IMG/VR virus record: IMGVR_UViG_3300042864_000170
DNA: 64,000 bases
Source: an uncultured virus (IMG/VR IMGVR_UViG_3300042864_000170)
Taxonomy: Duplodnaviria > Heunggongvirae > Uroviricota > Caudoviricetes
Direction: 5' to 3' (one strand)
The notes beneath the pieces were generated by a model that had not been told where the DNA came from, ran no database searches, and saw only the letters and a list, made by a program, of their open reading frames with translations. A program made the position numbers and the translations under genes. Of the stretch, positions 1-9,661 are shown in pieces (positions within the stretch are counted from its first letter, which is position 1; each line of letters begins with the position of its first letter).

Positions 1-28
1 TCAAGAAAATCTTGAAAATTTTGTACCT

Positions 29-676
29 ATGGTCAGTTATACCGAAAAAATGCCAAAATTTATCAATGTAAGCCATCGTGTGCCTCAACCTGAAACCACA
101 GATTTGTTGGACTCGCTATTTTTAGCAAGAAAAGTCGGTATACATACATGGGATGATAGTGTCAGTGAGTACCTGGCTGAAAATAATATTGAACAATCTG
201 TAATAGATTTCCTAAATGAAAATCCAGGGGTGAATTTTACCGTAAATTTGGAAGAATCTACAATTTACGACATTTCTCGTATTGTTAAAAATCTGTCTCC
301 TTGCATGTTTATCATACCGGGCGGCCTGGAGATGGAAAAAATTACAAAAAGTTATGAATTTTTAAAATCACTTGATATCACTCCTGAAGAAATGAGTGTG
401 ATGTTTAGACTACCTAAAGAAACTGGTGAAAAATTCAATAAATTTATCAAAGACGAGCAACTAAACAATCCCATCACTGAAAAAACTCGTGCAGTGTTTA
501 TCAGCGGCAAGGTACCGAAGACAGTTATCGAATCAAAAATTAAATTCAATTGTGTTGTAAACTTCAGCCTACATAGTGTACACTATACAATACGAGAATT
601 TGTGAAAAATCACCATAATGTGATTCACATACTGGACAAAAAACCACAAAGGAATTTTAACTTTGCCATACTGTAA
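29..676 (+). CDS. Hypothetical phage protein, probably 5'-truncated by the window
   Basis: Long ORF overlapping the helicase start; no motif recognised. Confidence 0.6.
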   Translation: MVSYTEKMPKFINVSHRVPQPETTDLLDSLFLARKVGIHTWDDSVSEYLAENNIEQSVIDFLNENPGVNFTVNLEESTIYDISRIVKNLSPCMFIIPGGLEMEKITKSYEFLKSLDITPEEMSVMFRLPKETGEKFNKFIKDEQLNNPITEKTRAVFISGKVPKTVIESKIKFNCVVNFSLHSVHYTIREFVKNHHNVIHILDKKPQRNFNFAIL

Positions 677-2156
677 AATAATAATAAAAGACGAGGTCAA
701 TGTTAAGATAGAAAATTTAGACCTCGACGCACGAAAGGCTCTGGTCAAGAAATTCAAGTACGAAGACCCCACAGCTAGGTATCGTCCAGCCTATAAATTA
801 GGTCGTTGGGACGGCAGTGTTAGTTTTTTCGGATTAGGTGGAACTACCTATCTATCAATGCTACCACAGGTGTTAACATATCTTGAGAGTAAAAATTACA
901 ACATTGATCTTGAAGATAATCGCAAGCCCATTGCCCTAGATTTTCCTGAAATTTTTGAAGATTTTTGGGGTGATCAGACATGGCCCGAAGGTCATCGATT
1001 TGCAGGCAAACCTATTAGACTGCGTGACGATCAAGTTGAAGCAGTCAATATGTTTCTTAAAAATCCACAGTGTATTCAAGAAATTGCAACTGGTTTTGGC
1101 AAGACAATAACCACCGCAACTTTATCGAAAATTGTGGAAAAATATGGTCGTACAATAACCATTGTTCCTAACAAAAGTCTTGTGGAACAAACAGAGGAAG
1201 ACTTCATTAACTGTAAATTAGATGTAGGTGTTTACTACGGTGACAGAAAAGATCTGAACAAAACGCATACTATTTGCACCTGGCAAAGTTTGAATATTTT
1301 AGACAAAAAATCCAAAGATACCACTGATGAAGAAGTGTTAACTTTAGCAGAATTACTCGAAGGAGTTGCTACAGTTATGGTTGATGAAGTACACATGGCC
1401 AAGGCGGAAGTGTTGAAAAACTTGCTAACCCGAAATCTTGCCAACGCACCAATACGCTGGGGCTTAACTGGTACTGTACCTAAAGCAGACCACGAATTTC
1501 AAAGTTTACGTGCAAGTCTAGGTGAAGTAGTACATCAAGTTCGTGCTCACGAATTACAGGAAAAAGGTGTACTAAGTGATTGCCACGTAAACATTATTCA
1601 AACGGCAGAGTGGAAAGAATTTAGCGGATATCCTGAGGAGTTAAAATTCCTAGTAACCGATAATGATAGGATGAGTTACATATCTACGCTAATTAAAGAG
1701 ATTGCAAACACTGGCAACACCCTTGTGTTAGTTGATAGAATCGAGTGCGGAGAATTCCTACAAACTCATCTTAGTGGCTTATTCAATGTTTTGAAAGAAG
1801 AACCGGATGTTGCTTTTATATCTGGTAGAGTAAAAACCAAAGATAGAAAGACTGAATATGACGAAGTTAAAACTGCTACTAACAAGATTATTGTGGCGAC
1901 TTACGGTGTGGCCGCTGTTGGTATTAATATCCCTAGGATTTTTAATCTGGTTATGTTGGAGTCCGGAAAGAGCTTTACTCGCGTTATACAATCAATTGGG
2001 CGAGGCATTAGAAAAGCAGACGACAAAGACTTCGTACAAATCTGGGATATTACAGCGTCAACGAAGTATGCAAAGAGACACCTTACTGAACGAAAAAAGT
2101 TCTATAAGGATGCGAAATATCCATTCGAAATTCAAAAAGTGAAATATAACAAATAA
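663..2156 (+). CDS. uvsW: UvsW-like SF2 DNA helicase
   Basis: Walker A ATGFGKT, DEVH, motif III TGT, motif VI QSIGRGIR; about 500 aa like T4 UvsW. Confidence 0.9.
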   Translation: MPYCKIIIKDEVNVKIENLDLDARKALVKKFKYEDPTARYRPAYKLGRWDGSVSFFGLGGTTYLSMLPQVLTYLESKNYNIDLEDNRKPIALDFPEIFEDFWGDQTWPEGHRFAGKPIRLRDDQVEAVNMFLKNPQCIQEIATGFGKTITTATLSKIVEKYGRTITIVPNKSLVEQTEEDFINCKLDVGVYYGDRKDLNKTHTICTWQSLNILDKKSKDTTDEEVLTLAELLEGVATVMVDEVHMAKAEVLKNLLTRNLANAPIRWGLTGTVPKADHEFQSLRASLGEVVHQVRAHELQEKGVLSDCHVNIIQTAEWKEFSGYPEELKFLVTDNDRMSYISTLIKEIANTGNTLVLVDRIECGEFLQTHLSGLFNVLKEEPDVAFISGRVKTKDRKTEYDEVKTATNKIIVATYGVAAVGINIPRIFNLVMLESGKSFTRVIQSIGRGIRKADDKDFVQIWDITASTKYAKRHLTERKKFYKDAKYPFEIQKVKYNK

Positions 2157-2659
2157 TGCAAATCTTAACCTTAGAAAACAAAACATTTTATCTCAACGAA
2201 TTACCTGAAGAAGTAGACGATGATCTACGATTTTCAGTATTAGATAATAGTGATAATCAAAATCCTGATTACTTTTTTATCCCACTAATTTTTCTTGAAA
2301 GTTTTACTGGTCCTGCAGCAGTTCTTAAAATAGGTCAGGATGAAATTACTATGCCACTTGATTGGTGTACAATTGTCGGAGATCCAGAAGGACCAGATAT
2401 GGAAGTATTGCCATTAACAAGTCTAAATGATAGAGGATTCAAAACATATTGTTTTAATCCACTTAGTAGCTTTAGGCCAGAATTTCATGAAATTGATATT
2501 ATTGATGTTTATCAAGATGTTAAATGGTATTTTCCTAAAATGAGGGCTGGGCAACTTTTAACCACACCATTACATGCAGGCGAAAAACCTTTATGCGCCT
2601 ATTTTGTTAAAGAAGTTTCTAGACAAAGTGAGATTGTAGATTACACAAGATGTTGGTAA
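2156..2659 (+). CDS. Hypothetical phage protein
   Basis: TAATG-coupled to the helicase. Confidence 0.7.
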   Translation: MQILTLENKTFYLNELPEEVDDDLRFSVLDNSDNQNPDYFFIPLIFLESFTGPAAVLKIGQDEITMPLDWCTIVGDPEGPDMEVLPLTSLNDRGFKTYCFNPLSSFRPEFHEIDIIDVYQDVKWYFPKMRAGQLLTTPLHAGEKPLCAYFVKEVSRQSEIVDYTRCW

Positions 2660-2660
2660 G

Positions 2661-2942
2661 ATGTCACTAATTTTTGAAAGTCCGGATAAGGGTAAAACTG
2701 TTTATGCTAGAAATGCAGGTTCTACTGAAAAAATGCGGATAGACAGTTCCGGCAATGTAGGAATCGGAACAGGATCACCTAGGGCATCATTGCATGACGA
2801 AATAATGGAAAGTAAATTGTGGGGTGATATTCATCGTGCTGCCAAGTCCGATACTGCTTTACAAGCCGCCCTGGACCGTGTTAAAATAACATACTACCTT
2901 ACAGAAGATTACGAAAAAAGATATGGCAACCGCAAAACTTGA
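2661..2942 (+). CDS. Small hypothetical protein (FESPDKGKTVY motif)
   Basis: In operon; carries an internal MRIDSSGNVGIGT segment. Confidence 0.6.
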   Translation: MSLIFESPDKGKTVYARNAGSTEKMRIDSSGNVGIGTGSPRASLHDEIMESKLWGDIHRAAKSDTALQAALDRVKITYYLTEDYEKRYGNRKT

Positions 2943-3387
2943 TATTAAGCGTGAACTAAATGCAGTAGACAGTCGCAACTATGACTTTTACGAAAACCTC
3001 ACCGACGAGGAAAAGAAAGCATTCAGTCCTTACATCTTAATGAGGTATACTGCTAATGTGCAAGGTGATCAATCATTGCAAGAATGGTTCCTAGAAAGGA
3101 CTAACGAGTATGTTAATAAAAATCATTGGGAATTAAGTAAGAATCATAGACCCTTGTTGTGGAAATTATTTGCAGCAACTGGTATTGGTTCTAACATGTA
3201 TCATCCTTATCTTGCCGCAGGTAAAAAGGGCAAAGCAAATAAGATTGAAAAACTGTTAGCTGAAATTTATCCTGCATGGAAGCTAGATGACATTAAGACG
3301 TTAGCTAGCATGATGACTAAGAAAGACATCGACGAACTGTTTGACAAAATGGGTTTTGACAAGAAGCAACGAAAAGATTACGAATGA
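2923..3387 (+). CDS. Possible clamp-loader small subunit (T4 gp62-like)
   Basis: Size and FSPYILMRY..N..VN pattern recall gp62; replication context; weak. Confidence 0.4.
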   Translation: MATAKLDIKRELNAVDSRNYDFYENLTDEEKKAFSPYILMRYTANVQGDQSLQEWFLERTNEYVNKNHWELSKNHRPLLWKLFAATGIGSNMYHPYLAAGKKGKANKIEKLLAEIYPAWKLDDIKTLASMMTKKDIDELFDKMGFDKKQRKDYE

Positions 3388-4079
3388 TAGCATTGGCAGA
3401 TCAACCTTTTAATTGTGTACATTGCGGTAAGAGTTTTATGAAAGAAAAGACTCTAGTAGCGCACATGTGTGAACAAAAAAGGCGTGCTCTGCAGAAAGAT
3501 GAGAAGCGTGTTCAAGCAGGTTATATGGCCTATGTTCGTTTTTATCAACTTACACAAAATGATAAAAAAGGCAAGACCTATGAACATTTTTGTACCAGTG
3601 CTTACTATAATGCCTTTGTAAAGTTTGGCAGTTTTGTCAATAACGTCAATCCTATCTATCCTCAAAAGTTCATTGACTATGTGATTAAAAGTGGTGTCAA
3701 ATTAGACCACTGGTGCAGGGATGAACTGTATGAACAGTACCTATTTGACATGCTCAAAGTAGAACCAGTCGAAGCAGCAGTGCAGAGAACATTGCAAACA
3801 ATGATGGATTGGGGAGACGAGCATAGTGCAAATTTTGCACAATACTTTGATTATGTCAGTTTGAACAAAGCAGTGCATGACATGCTAAATGGTCGCGTTA
3901 GTCCGTGGCTTATCCTAAATTGTACATCGGGTAAGACCATGGTTAGTAAGATGAGTGACGAACAGTTGAGCATGATTACACCTGTATTTGATGTTAAATT
4001 CTGGATGAAGAAATTTAAAGATAGTCCTGCAGATATCTTGATGATTCAAGAACTGTGCAACGAGACTGGGATAAAATGA
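3384..4079 (+). CDS. Protein with N-terminal zinc finger
   Basis: CVHCGKSF-x7-AHMC; ATGA-coupled. Confidence 0.65.
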   Translation: MIALADQPFNCVHCGKSFMKEKTLVAHMCEQKRRALQKDEKRVQAGYMAYVRFYQLTQNDKKGKTYEHFCTSAYYNAFVKFGSFVNNVNPIYPQKFIDYVIKSGVKLDHWCRDELYEQYLFDMLKVEPVEAAVQRTLQTMMDWGDEHSANFAQYFDYVSLNKAVHDMLNGRVSPWLILNCTSGKTMVSKMSDEQLSMITPVFDVKFWMKKFKDSPADILMIQELCNETGIK

Positions 4080-4336
4080 CAGCCTTTATTAACAACATGT
4101 CCCAAGAAGAATTAAAAACATTTCTTCGTAAGGTCATGGGCCCTCCTCGTCGAACATTAGAAGGTCAAGAAAAAGAAAATGTTTGGTTGATGATACAGAT
4201 GCAAGATGAGCCCGACGAGTTTAGTAACAATCAACATAGTATATCTGAAGTCTACAGATTTAATCAGCGAGAATATCATGTGCATTATTTTCCTAACGAA
4301 AGTCCGTATATAGAAGAAATTATGAACGATGATTGA
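4076..4336 (+). CDS. Hypothetical protein
   Basis: Start reassigned to the ATGA overlap at 4076. Confidence 0.55.
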   Translation: MTAFINNMSQEELKTFLRKVMGPPRRTLEGQEKENVWLMIQMQDEPDEFSNNQHSISEVYRFNQREYHVHYFPNESPYIEEIMNDD

Positions 4337-4580
4337 AATTCGAATACCGTTCGACACTATAGTTCAATACAGACATCTTAATTTTATGAAACTACACCAC
4401 GCTAGTAACCACGCTATCCAGTTAGCAGAATGGTGTAAGGATCAGGGATTGATTATGGGACTAGATTTTGAATGGGCAGTATTTCAAGCCGATGAATATG
4501 TAACATTTAAGTTTATGAACAAGGGTGAGAAATATTCAACTATGTTTGCATTAAAGTTTGGGAGCGGCAACGGAGTATGA
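4329..4580 (+). CDS. Small protein of the F-x-L-(R/K)-(W/F) tail family
   Basis: LAEWC core and TMFALKF tail shared with genes at 5189-6115. Confidence 0.55.
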   Translation: MIEIRIPFDTIVQYRHLNFMKLHHASNHAIQLAEWCKDQGLIMGLDFEWAVFQADEYVTFKFMNKGEKYSTMFALKFGSGNGV

Positions 4581-4885
4581 TTACTAAAACACTTTGGACA
4601 CTGAGTAAGCCCGATGCTACAGAAATTGATGCAACATTCCTATTTGGGTTGGGTTGCGAAGTGGAAGTCGTTATGCCCGAATGGCAAGATTTTGAAACTT
4701 CAAATGGAACACGCTGGCGATATCAAAACGAAAATCCCTACATCAAGATAACAACCACTTGCGAAAAACAGGAAATGATGTTAAAATTAAAGTACGGGGA
4801 CGCACTCCTTCTATCAGAAACTCCAACATCTTTTTTAGACTATGAAGACTTCCATATGGCACCATACAGCAGATCAGCAGCCTGA
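4577..4885 (+). CDS. Hypothetical protein
   Basis: ATGA-coupled; MLKLKY segment distantly resembles neighbours. Confidence 0.55.
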   Translation: MITKTLWTLSKPDATEIDATFLFGLGCEVEVVMPEWQDFETSNGTRWRYQNENPYIKITTTCEKQEMMLKLKYGDALLLSETPTSFLDYEDFHMAPYSRSAA

Positions 4886-5192
4886 TAAAAGCGGCTATTA
4901 TATGGGCTTCAGGACCGTAACCCTAGCTGACGATACTTGTGGTGTAGATTACTTTTATTGGAATCATACTGGAGGCATGAACGGCAAGGGAGAATGGCGT
5001 ACTGACAGCACCTGTCATAGTCATTGGGCTAATGTCTATTACTGGACCAAAGATAATCCAGAGCAGTGGGTCGATAGTGATCCTCCTGTGAGATATAGAA
5101 AAGCACCAAAGTCTAATCCAGCATTGGCTATCGCTTGGAACAATGTCCAAGAAGCACTGCGTCAATATGAAATTGTGAAAGCACTAACATGA
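4842..5192 (+). CDS. Hypothetical protein
   Basis: In operon; WH..DQQPDKSGYY N-terminus. Confidence 0.55.
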   Translation: MKTSIWHHTADQQPDKSGYYMGFRTVTLADDTCGVDYFYWNHTGGMNGKGEWRTDSTCHSHWANVYYWTKDNPEQWVDSDPPVRYRKAPKSNPALAIAWNNVQEALRQYEIVKALT

Positions 5193-5389
5193 GACGACTT
5201 AAAAAAGAATTATGGCCATATAAGACCAAAGTTAATCTTTTGCACAGTACCAGAGAAGTTGATGAATGGTTAGGAAAGACCTTGGGCAAATTCAAAGGTA
5301 AATGGAATGTAGTTCATCACAGTACTTCTATTGAATATTATTTTAAACAAGATCGAGATCTTACTATGTTTATGTTGAGGTGGTCATGA
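5189..5389 (+). CDS. Small paralog (FKQDRDLTMFMLRWS tail)
   Basis: Conserved C-terminus shared with the next two genes. Confidence 0.65.
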   Translation: MRRLKKELWPYKTKVNLLHSTREVDEWLGKTLGKFKGKWNVVHHSTSIEYYFKQDRDLTMFMLRWS

Positions 5390-5661
5390 CCAGTATTAGT
5401 TCTATTGTCGGCGGCTTGAACATCGGTTCAGAACACGAACTGCGACCTATGAAAACGGGAGAAGCTGGCGGATGGGGTATGAAATATACCTGGATTGAAA
5501 TGGCTCGAACAGAAAGCACTCCCTTGGATCTAAATGAACAGGCACAGACTTGGTGCAGAGAACGATTTGGAAATAGTGGCAGTCGTTGGTTTGAAAAGAA
5601 AGACAAATTTTATTTTAAAGATGAAAAGGATTTGACCTTATTCATTCTGAGGTGGTCATGA
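5386..5661 (+). CDS. Small paralog (FKDEKDLTLFILRWS tail)
   Basis: Start at ATGA overlap 5386 after GAGGTGG. Confidence 0.65.
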   Translation: MTSISSIVGGLNIGSEHELRPMKTGEAGGWGMKYTWIEMARTESTPLDLNEQAQTWCRERFGNSGSRWFEKKDKFYFKDEKDLTLFILRWS

Positions 5662-5894
5662 GTGATACTGCTAGCTGGATTACATTTGGTAAAGAACGTT
5701 ATTGGCAACATCCAGACATGGAACAATGGTGCCACGAACATATAGGAACCGGTGGGTGGTCCTACCAAACTCCTAAAACTTGGGAAGGCATGAATGGTAA
5801 GATTTGGGTTATGCACAGCATGTTTGGCAACACTACTTTTGCATTTAAAGATTCTAAAGACTTAACTATGTTTTTGTTGAGGTGGGGCACATAA
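5658..5894 (+). CDS. Small paralog (FKDSKDLTMFLLRWGT tail)
   Basis: Start at ATGA overlap 5658 after GAGGTGG. Confidence 0.65.
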   Translation: MSDTASWITFGKERYWQHPDMEQWCHEHIGTGGWSYQTPKTWEGMNGKIWVMHSMFGNTTFAFKDSKDLTMFLLRWGT

Positions 5895-5914
5895 AGTGAT
5901 ATATACTATAGAAC

Positions 5915-6115
5915 ATGATTGAGTTTAAAGTTCCTAGCGTAGGTAAAGCAGAGGCTTGGTGCATGAAGCACGTTGGGCCTCGTCTCTATTATATTCACGA
6001 TAGAATAGGTGGAGAAGGTTGGCGCATTATGCCGCTTCGTGGCGGCGCTGAAATTTTACTTTGCTTAGAGGACGACAAGAAAGCCACAATGGCTATGTTA
6101 ATGCTGATAGAATAA
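5915..6115 (+). CDS. Small divergent paralog
   Basis: AWCMKHVG...GGEGW...DDKKATM resembles 5658-5894. Confidence 0.55.
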   Translation: MIEFKVPSVGKAEAWCMKHVGPRLYYIHDRIGGEGWRIMPLRGGAEILLCLEDDKKATMAMLMLIE

Positions 6116-6498
6116 TGACTACAGAAAATATAAAACAATTTTGCCAACATCACAGTATTCGTGTACTTGATACAAACAAGCGGGCACATCGGTACAGCAA
6201 AGTCAATTTAAATTACTTTAGAGATCCTATGGATTTTAATCGAGTTTATGAAGATGTTATATATGATAGCGAACCGTTGTATACTGTGGAAATTGCTGAA
6301 AGTGAATTAGAAAGAATTGCAGACTTCGAATCCGAGGTGTTTAACAACATGAAGAAGCAAGGGCATTACAGAATGTTTGAAACACTAATGGAGCAGAAAG
6401 AACGAGAGAGAGCACTGCGGGACAAATATCCAGCAGTAAAAAAAGCATACGAACAATATAGCCTAATGTTAAAACTGGCTGAAAGTGGAGAATTATGA
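6115..6498 (+). CDS. Hypothetical protein
   Basis: TAATG-coupled start at 6115. Confidence 0.6.
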   Translation: MTTENIKQFCQHHSIRVLDTNKRAHRYSKVNLNYFRDPMDFNRVYEDVIYDSEPLYTVEIAESELERIADFESEVFNNMKKQGHYRMFETLMEQKERERALRDKYPAVKKAYEQYSLMLKLAESGEL

Positions 6499-6851
6499 GA
6501 TTAGAAGGTTTTGTAGAAAAAGGTTGGGGTCACGAATTAATTTGGGCAACAAACGACAAGTATTGCGGAAAATTACTAAAGTTTAATACCGGTGCTAGAT
6601 TTAGTATGCATTTCCATTCTGTAAAGGAAGAAACCTGGTATGTGTTAAGCGGTGAATTTCAAGTTAGATTTATTGATACGAAGACAGCGGATGAATATTT
6701 AGAAGTATTAAAACCAGGCTCTGTGTGGCATAATAATCCACTGGTACCACATCAACTGATTTGTCTCGAAGAAGGGACCATTATCGAAGTTAGCACACCG
6801 GACAGTGTCGAAGACAATTATCGAGTTGCTAAAGGAGACAGTCAGAAATGA
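6495..6851 (+). CDS. Cupin, mannose-6-phosphate-isomerase-like sugar isomerase
   Basis: KGWG, SMHFH..KEETW, PHQL, EVST cupin motifs. Confidence 0.75.
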   Translation: MRLEGFVEKGWGHELIWATNDKYCGKLLKFNTGARFSMHFHSVKEETWYVLSGEFQVRFIDTKTADEYLEVLKPGSVWHNNPLVPHQLICLEEGTIIEVSTPDSVEDNYRVAKGDSQK

Positions 6852-7636
6852 AAATTTTGATTACAGGGTATAAAGGTTTTATTGGTCAAAATATGGTCAA
6901 TGCACTAAATGACGAACACGAACTGTCTCTTTTTGAATGGGGAGAAGAACTTCCAGATTTTAGAGGCTTAGACTGGTGCATACATTTAGGAGCAAATTCG
7001 TCTACTACTGAAATGGATGTAGACAAGATGCTAGATCAGAATTATGATTTTAGTAGACTTGTTATCAATCAATGTCAGGCAAACAATGTAAATTTGCAAT
7101 ATGCAAGTTCTGCAAGCGTATATGGACTAGGAAAAGAATTTAACGAAAATGCACCTGTTCATTTGCTAAGTCCATATGCATGGAGCAAATATCTTTTTGA
7201 AAGATATGTAAGTGGATTTAGAGAAAAATGGTCTAACATAACAGTCCAGGGATTTAGGTATTTCAACGTGTATGGACCTCATGAAGATCATAAAGGTGAT
7301 CAGTCTAGCCCTCATCATAAGTTTACCAAGCAGGCAGAAGCTACCGGAGTTATCAAGCTATTTGAAAATTCTGAGAATTACAAACGTGATTTTATTTCTG
7401 TACATGAAGTAGTTAGTATTCATAAAAAGTTTTTTAACGTAACTGAATCTGGTATTTGGAATGCCGGTACAGGTCGCGCTACATCGTTTGATAACGTTGC
7501 TCGAACAATTGCAGAAGGAATGAAATGTAGAGTTGAATATATTCCTATGCCTGATAATGTTAAAGCACATTATCAAACATACACATGTGCTGATGTAACT
7601 AACCTAAGAAAGTATTATGACCCGAGTAATGGTTAA
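6848..7636 (+). CDS. hldD: ADP-L-glycero-D-manno-heptose 6-epimerase-like SDR
   Basis: TGYKGFIG, HLGANSSTTE, YASSASVYG, YAWSK, RYFNVYGPHEDHKG. Confidence 0.85.
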   Translation: MKILITGYKGFIGQNMVNALNDEHELSLFEWGEELPDFRGLDWCIHLGANSSTTEMDVDKMLDQNYDFSRLVINQCQANNVNLQYASSASVYGLGKEFNENAPVHLLSPYAWSKYLFERYVSGFREKWSNITVQGFRYFNVYGPHEDHKGDQSSPHHKFTKQAEATGVIKLFENSENYKRDFISVHEVVSIHKKFFNVTESGIWNAGTGRATSFDNVARTIAEGMKCRVEYIPMPDNVKAHYQTYTCADVTNLRKYYDPSNG

Positions 7637-8021
7637 CGGAACATTTGATATTCTGCATCGAGGTCATATTGAAATGCTCAACTTTGCTAAAAGCAAAGGA
7701 GATGCGGTACTGGTTGTGATTGATACTGATCGTAGAGTGCAAGAGTTAAAAGGTGATGATCGTCCTATTAACAACCAAGAAGATCGTAAATTTCATTTAG
7801 AAAATTTAAAAGCAGTTGACAGTGTATTGTTTTTTGACAGCAAAGAACAACTTATAGAAATAATGAAAAGCTGGAAACCAGACGTGTATGTAAAAGGCAG
7901 CGACTGGAAAAAAGATAGACCTAGCACAGCAGAAGAATATTGTAAAGAAGTGATCTATTATGACAGAGTCGGCGAATACTCAACTACCAACACCATTCAG
8001 AATATTATTAATCGGGGATGA
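7617..8021 (+). CDS. hldC: Heptose-1-phosphate adenylyltransferase (RfaE domain II)
   Basis: NGTFDILHRGH, LKGDDRPIN, KGSDW, YSTT. Confidence 0.85.
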   Translation: MTRVMVNGTFDILHRGHIEMLNFAKSKGDAVLVVIDTDRRVQELKGDDRPINNQEDRKFHLENLKAVDSVLFFDSKEQLIEIMKSWKPDVYVKGSDWKKDRPSTAEEYCKEVIYYDRVGEYSTTNTIQNIINRG

Positions 8022-8727
8022 TTGCTTAGATGTTTATCAGTTTGGAACTGTTGACAGAATAAGTCCCGAGGCACCTGTTCCTGTATTCAAATATAGCTCT
8101 AAGGAAGAAAGAGCAGGCATGGCTCGTAATGTCAAACTCAATCTTGAAGCACTGGGCTGTGAAGTTACATACCTATGCGGAGAAACAAGTGTTAAGACCA
8201 GATTAATCGATTCCAAAAGTAAACAACACATTGTAAGAATTGACAATGATGTTAAATCTAATCCTATTGAATTTGCTTCGGCTATTCCTGCGATTTACGA
8301 CGCAGTTGTGATCAGTGACTACAACAAAGGTACAGTTAGCTACGAATTAATCGAAGAACTCGTTGCTTTGAGCATACCAGTGTTCATAGACACTAAAAAG
8401 ACTGACTTAGAACGTTTTCAAGGTGCATGGGTTAAGATTAATGAACTAGAGTATAGCAGATTAACAAGCGAGTGTGCTGGGTTAATTGTTACATTAGGTA
8501 GCAAAGGTGCTAGACTATGGGACGAAGTGCATCCAAGTAAACAAGTAGAAGTAAGTGATGTTTGTGGATGTGGTGATACTTTTTTGGCGGCACTAACCAC
8601 TCAATACCTATATACAAATGATATAAAGAAAGCTATAATGTTTGCTAACGTTGCCGCAGGATTAACTGTACAACATTTAGGAAATTACGCACCATCATAC
8701 GACGAGATTAGAAATGCCGGATATTGA
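7960..8727 (+). CDS. hldA: Heptose-7-phosphate kinase (RfaE domain I, PfkB family)
   Basis: RISPEAPVPV, SDYNKG, DVCGCGDTF. Confidence 0.85.
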   Translation: MTESANTQLPTPFRILLIGDDCLDVYQFGTVDRISPEAPVPVFKYSSKEERAGMARNVKLNLEALGCEVTYLCGETSVKTRLIDSKSKQHIVRIDNDVKSNPIEFASAIPAIYDAVVISDYNKGTVSYELIEELVALSIPVFIDTKKTDLERFQGAWVKINELEYSRLTSECAGLIVTLGSKGARLWDEVHPSKQVEVSDVCGCGDTFLAALTTQYLYTNDIKKAIMFANVAAGLTVQHLGNYAPSYDEIRNAGY

Positions 8728-9304
8728 TATCGACTTTGCTGATAGAACAAAAATTCTCAAAATTATCGAGCATGTACCAGCGGCTATTAAAGATAATGGA
8801 ACTTTTAAAAAGCACAATACTGGCGTATATTGTCATTCTATCCCGTACAATTCCATAACTGATACTGCTAGCTTTGACTATAAAGAAGCTGAAAACCGCG
8901 GGTATTTTAAGATTGACCTATTAAATGTTGGAATTTACAAAGATGTACGAGATGAAGAACATCTCTTAAAATTATTAAATCAAGAACCACTATGGGATCT
9001 TTTACAACAGGACGATTTCACTAATATGTTGTTCCATGTGAACGGTCACGGATCAATTCTAAGACAGATGTTGCCAAATAGCATAAGTCAATTGGCTGCG
9101 GTATTAGCTATGATTAGACCGGCAAAACGCTATCTAATTGGACAAGACTGGAATACTGTAAACGCAGAAATTTGGCAAAAGCCTGCGGGTAATGAGTATT
9201 ATTTTAAAAAAGCTCACGCTATAGCATATGCGGCAGCTATTGTAGTTCAAATGAACTTAATTTGCGAAGGTCTTACTTCCTCGCATTCCTTATTAGCTGA
9301 ATAG
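8714..9304 (+). CDS. dnaE: Miniature DNA polymerase III alpha (C-family) core or fragment
   Basis: PDIDIDF, HNTGV, FKIDLL, LAMIRP, FKKAHAIAYA match DnaE palm/finger motifs. Confidence 0.8.
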   Translation: MPDIDIDFADRTKILKIIEHVPAAIKDNGTFKKHNTGVYCHSIPYNSITDTASFDYKEAENRGYFKIDLLNVGIYKDVRDEEHLLKLLNQEPLWDLLQQDDFTNMLFHVNGHGSILRQMLPNSISQLAAVLAMIRPAKRYLIGQDWNTVNAEIWQKPAGNEYYFKKAHAIAYAAAIVVQMNLICEGLTSSHSLLAE

Positions 9305-9641
9305 ATTTACGTTTTACTCTCTTTTCAGCAATTTCGCTTAGATTAACACTAGGACCAAATACTAACTCTATGTCTTTTACATTAAAAGTTTTTATAAAGG
9401 GTCGGAATACATGCATTTCTTTTTTAAGAAAAATGTTTATGGGTATTTTTCTGTTACTTTCCCACCACCAGACTTCACCCATTTCTAGGAAAATCTGTCG
9501 TTCCTCGACTCCTACGATCATAGATAGATCGTAGATGCTAGCAACATAATCATCAAAGTTAATAACAATACCTACATATTCCTTATCATTGGATTTTAAG
9601 CAGGTTATGAACGGAAAGTTTTCTTGGAACTGGTCTCTCAT
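9273..9641 (-). CDS. Hypothetical phage protein
   Basis: 122-aa ORF convergent with dnaE; WWWESNRKIPI. Confidence 0.65.
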   Translation of the reverse strand: MRDQFQENFPFITCLKSNDKEYVGIVINFDDYVASIYDLSMIVGVEERQIFLEMGEVWWWESNRKIPINIFLKKEMHVFRPFIKTFNVKDIELVFGPSVNLSEIAEKRVKRKSIQLIRNARK

Positions 9642-9661
9642 TAGTTTAAAATAAATACTTT

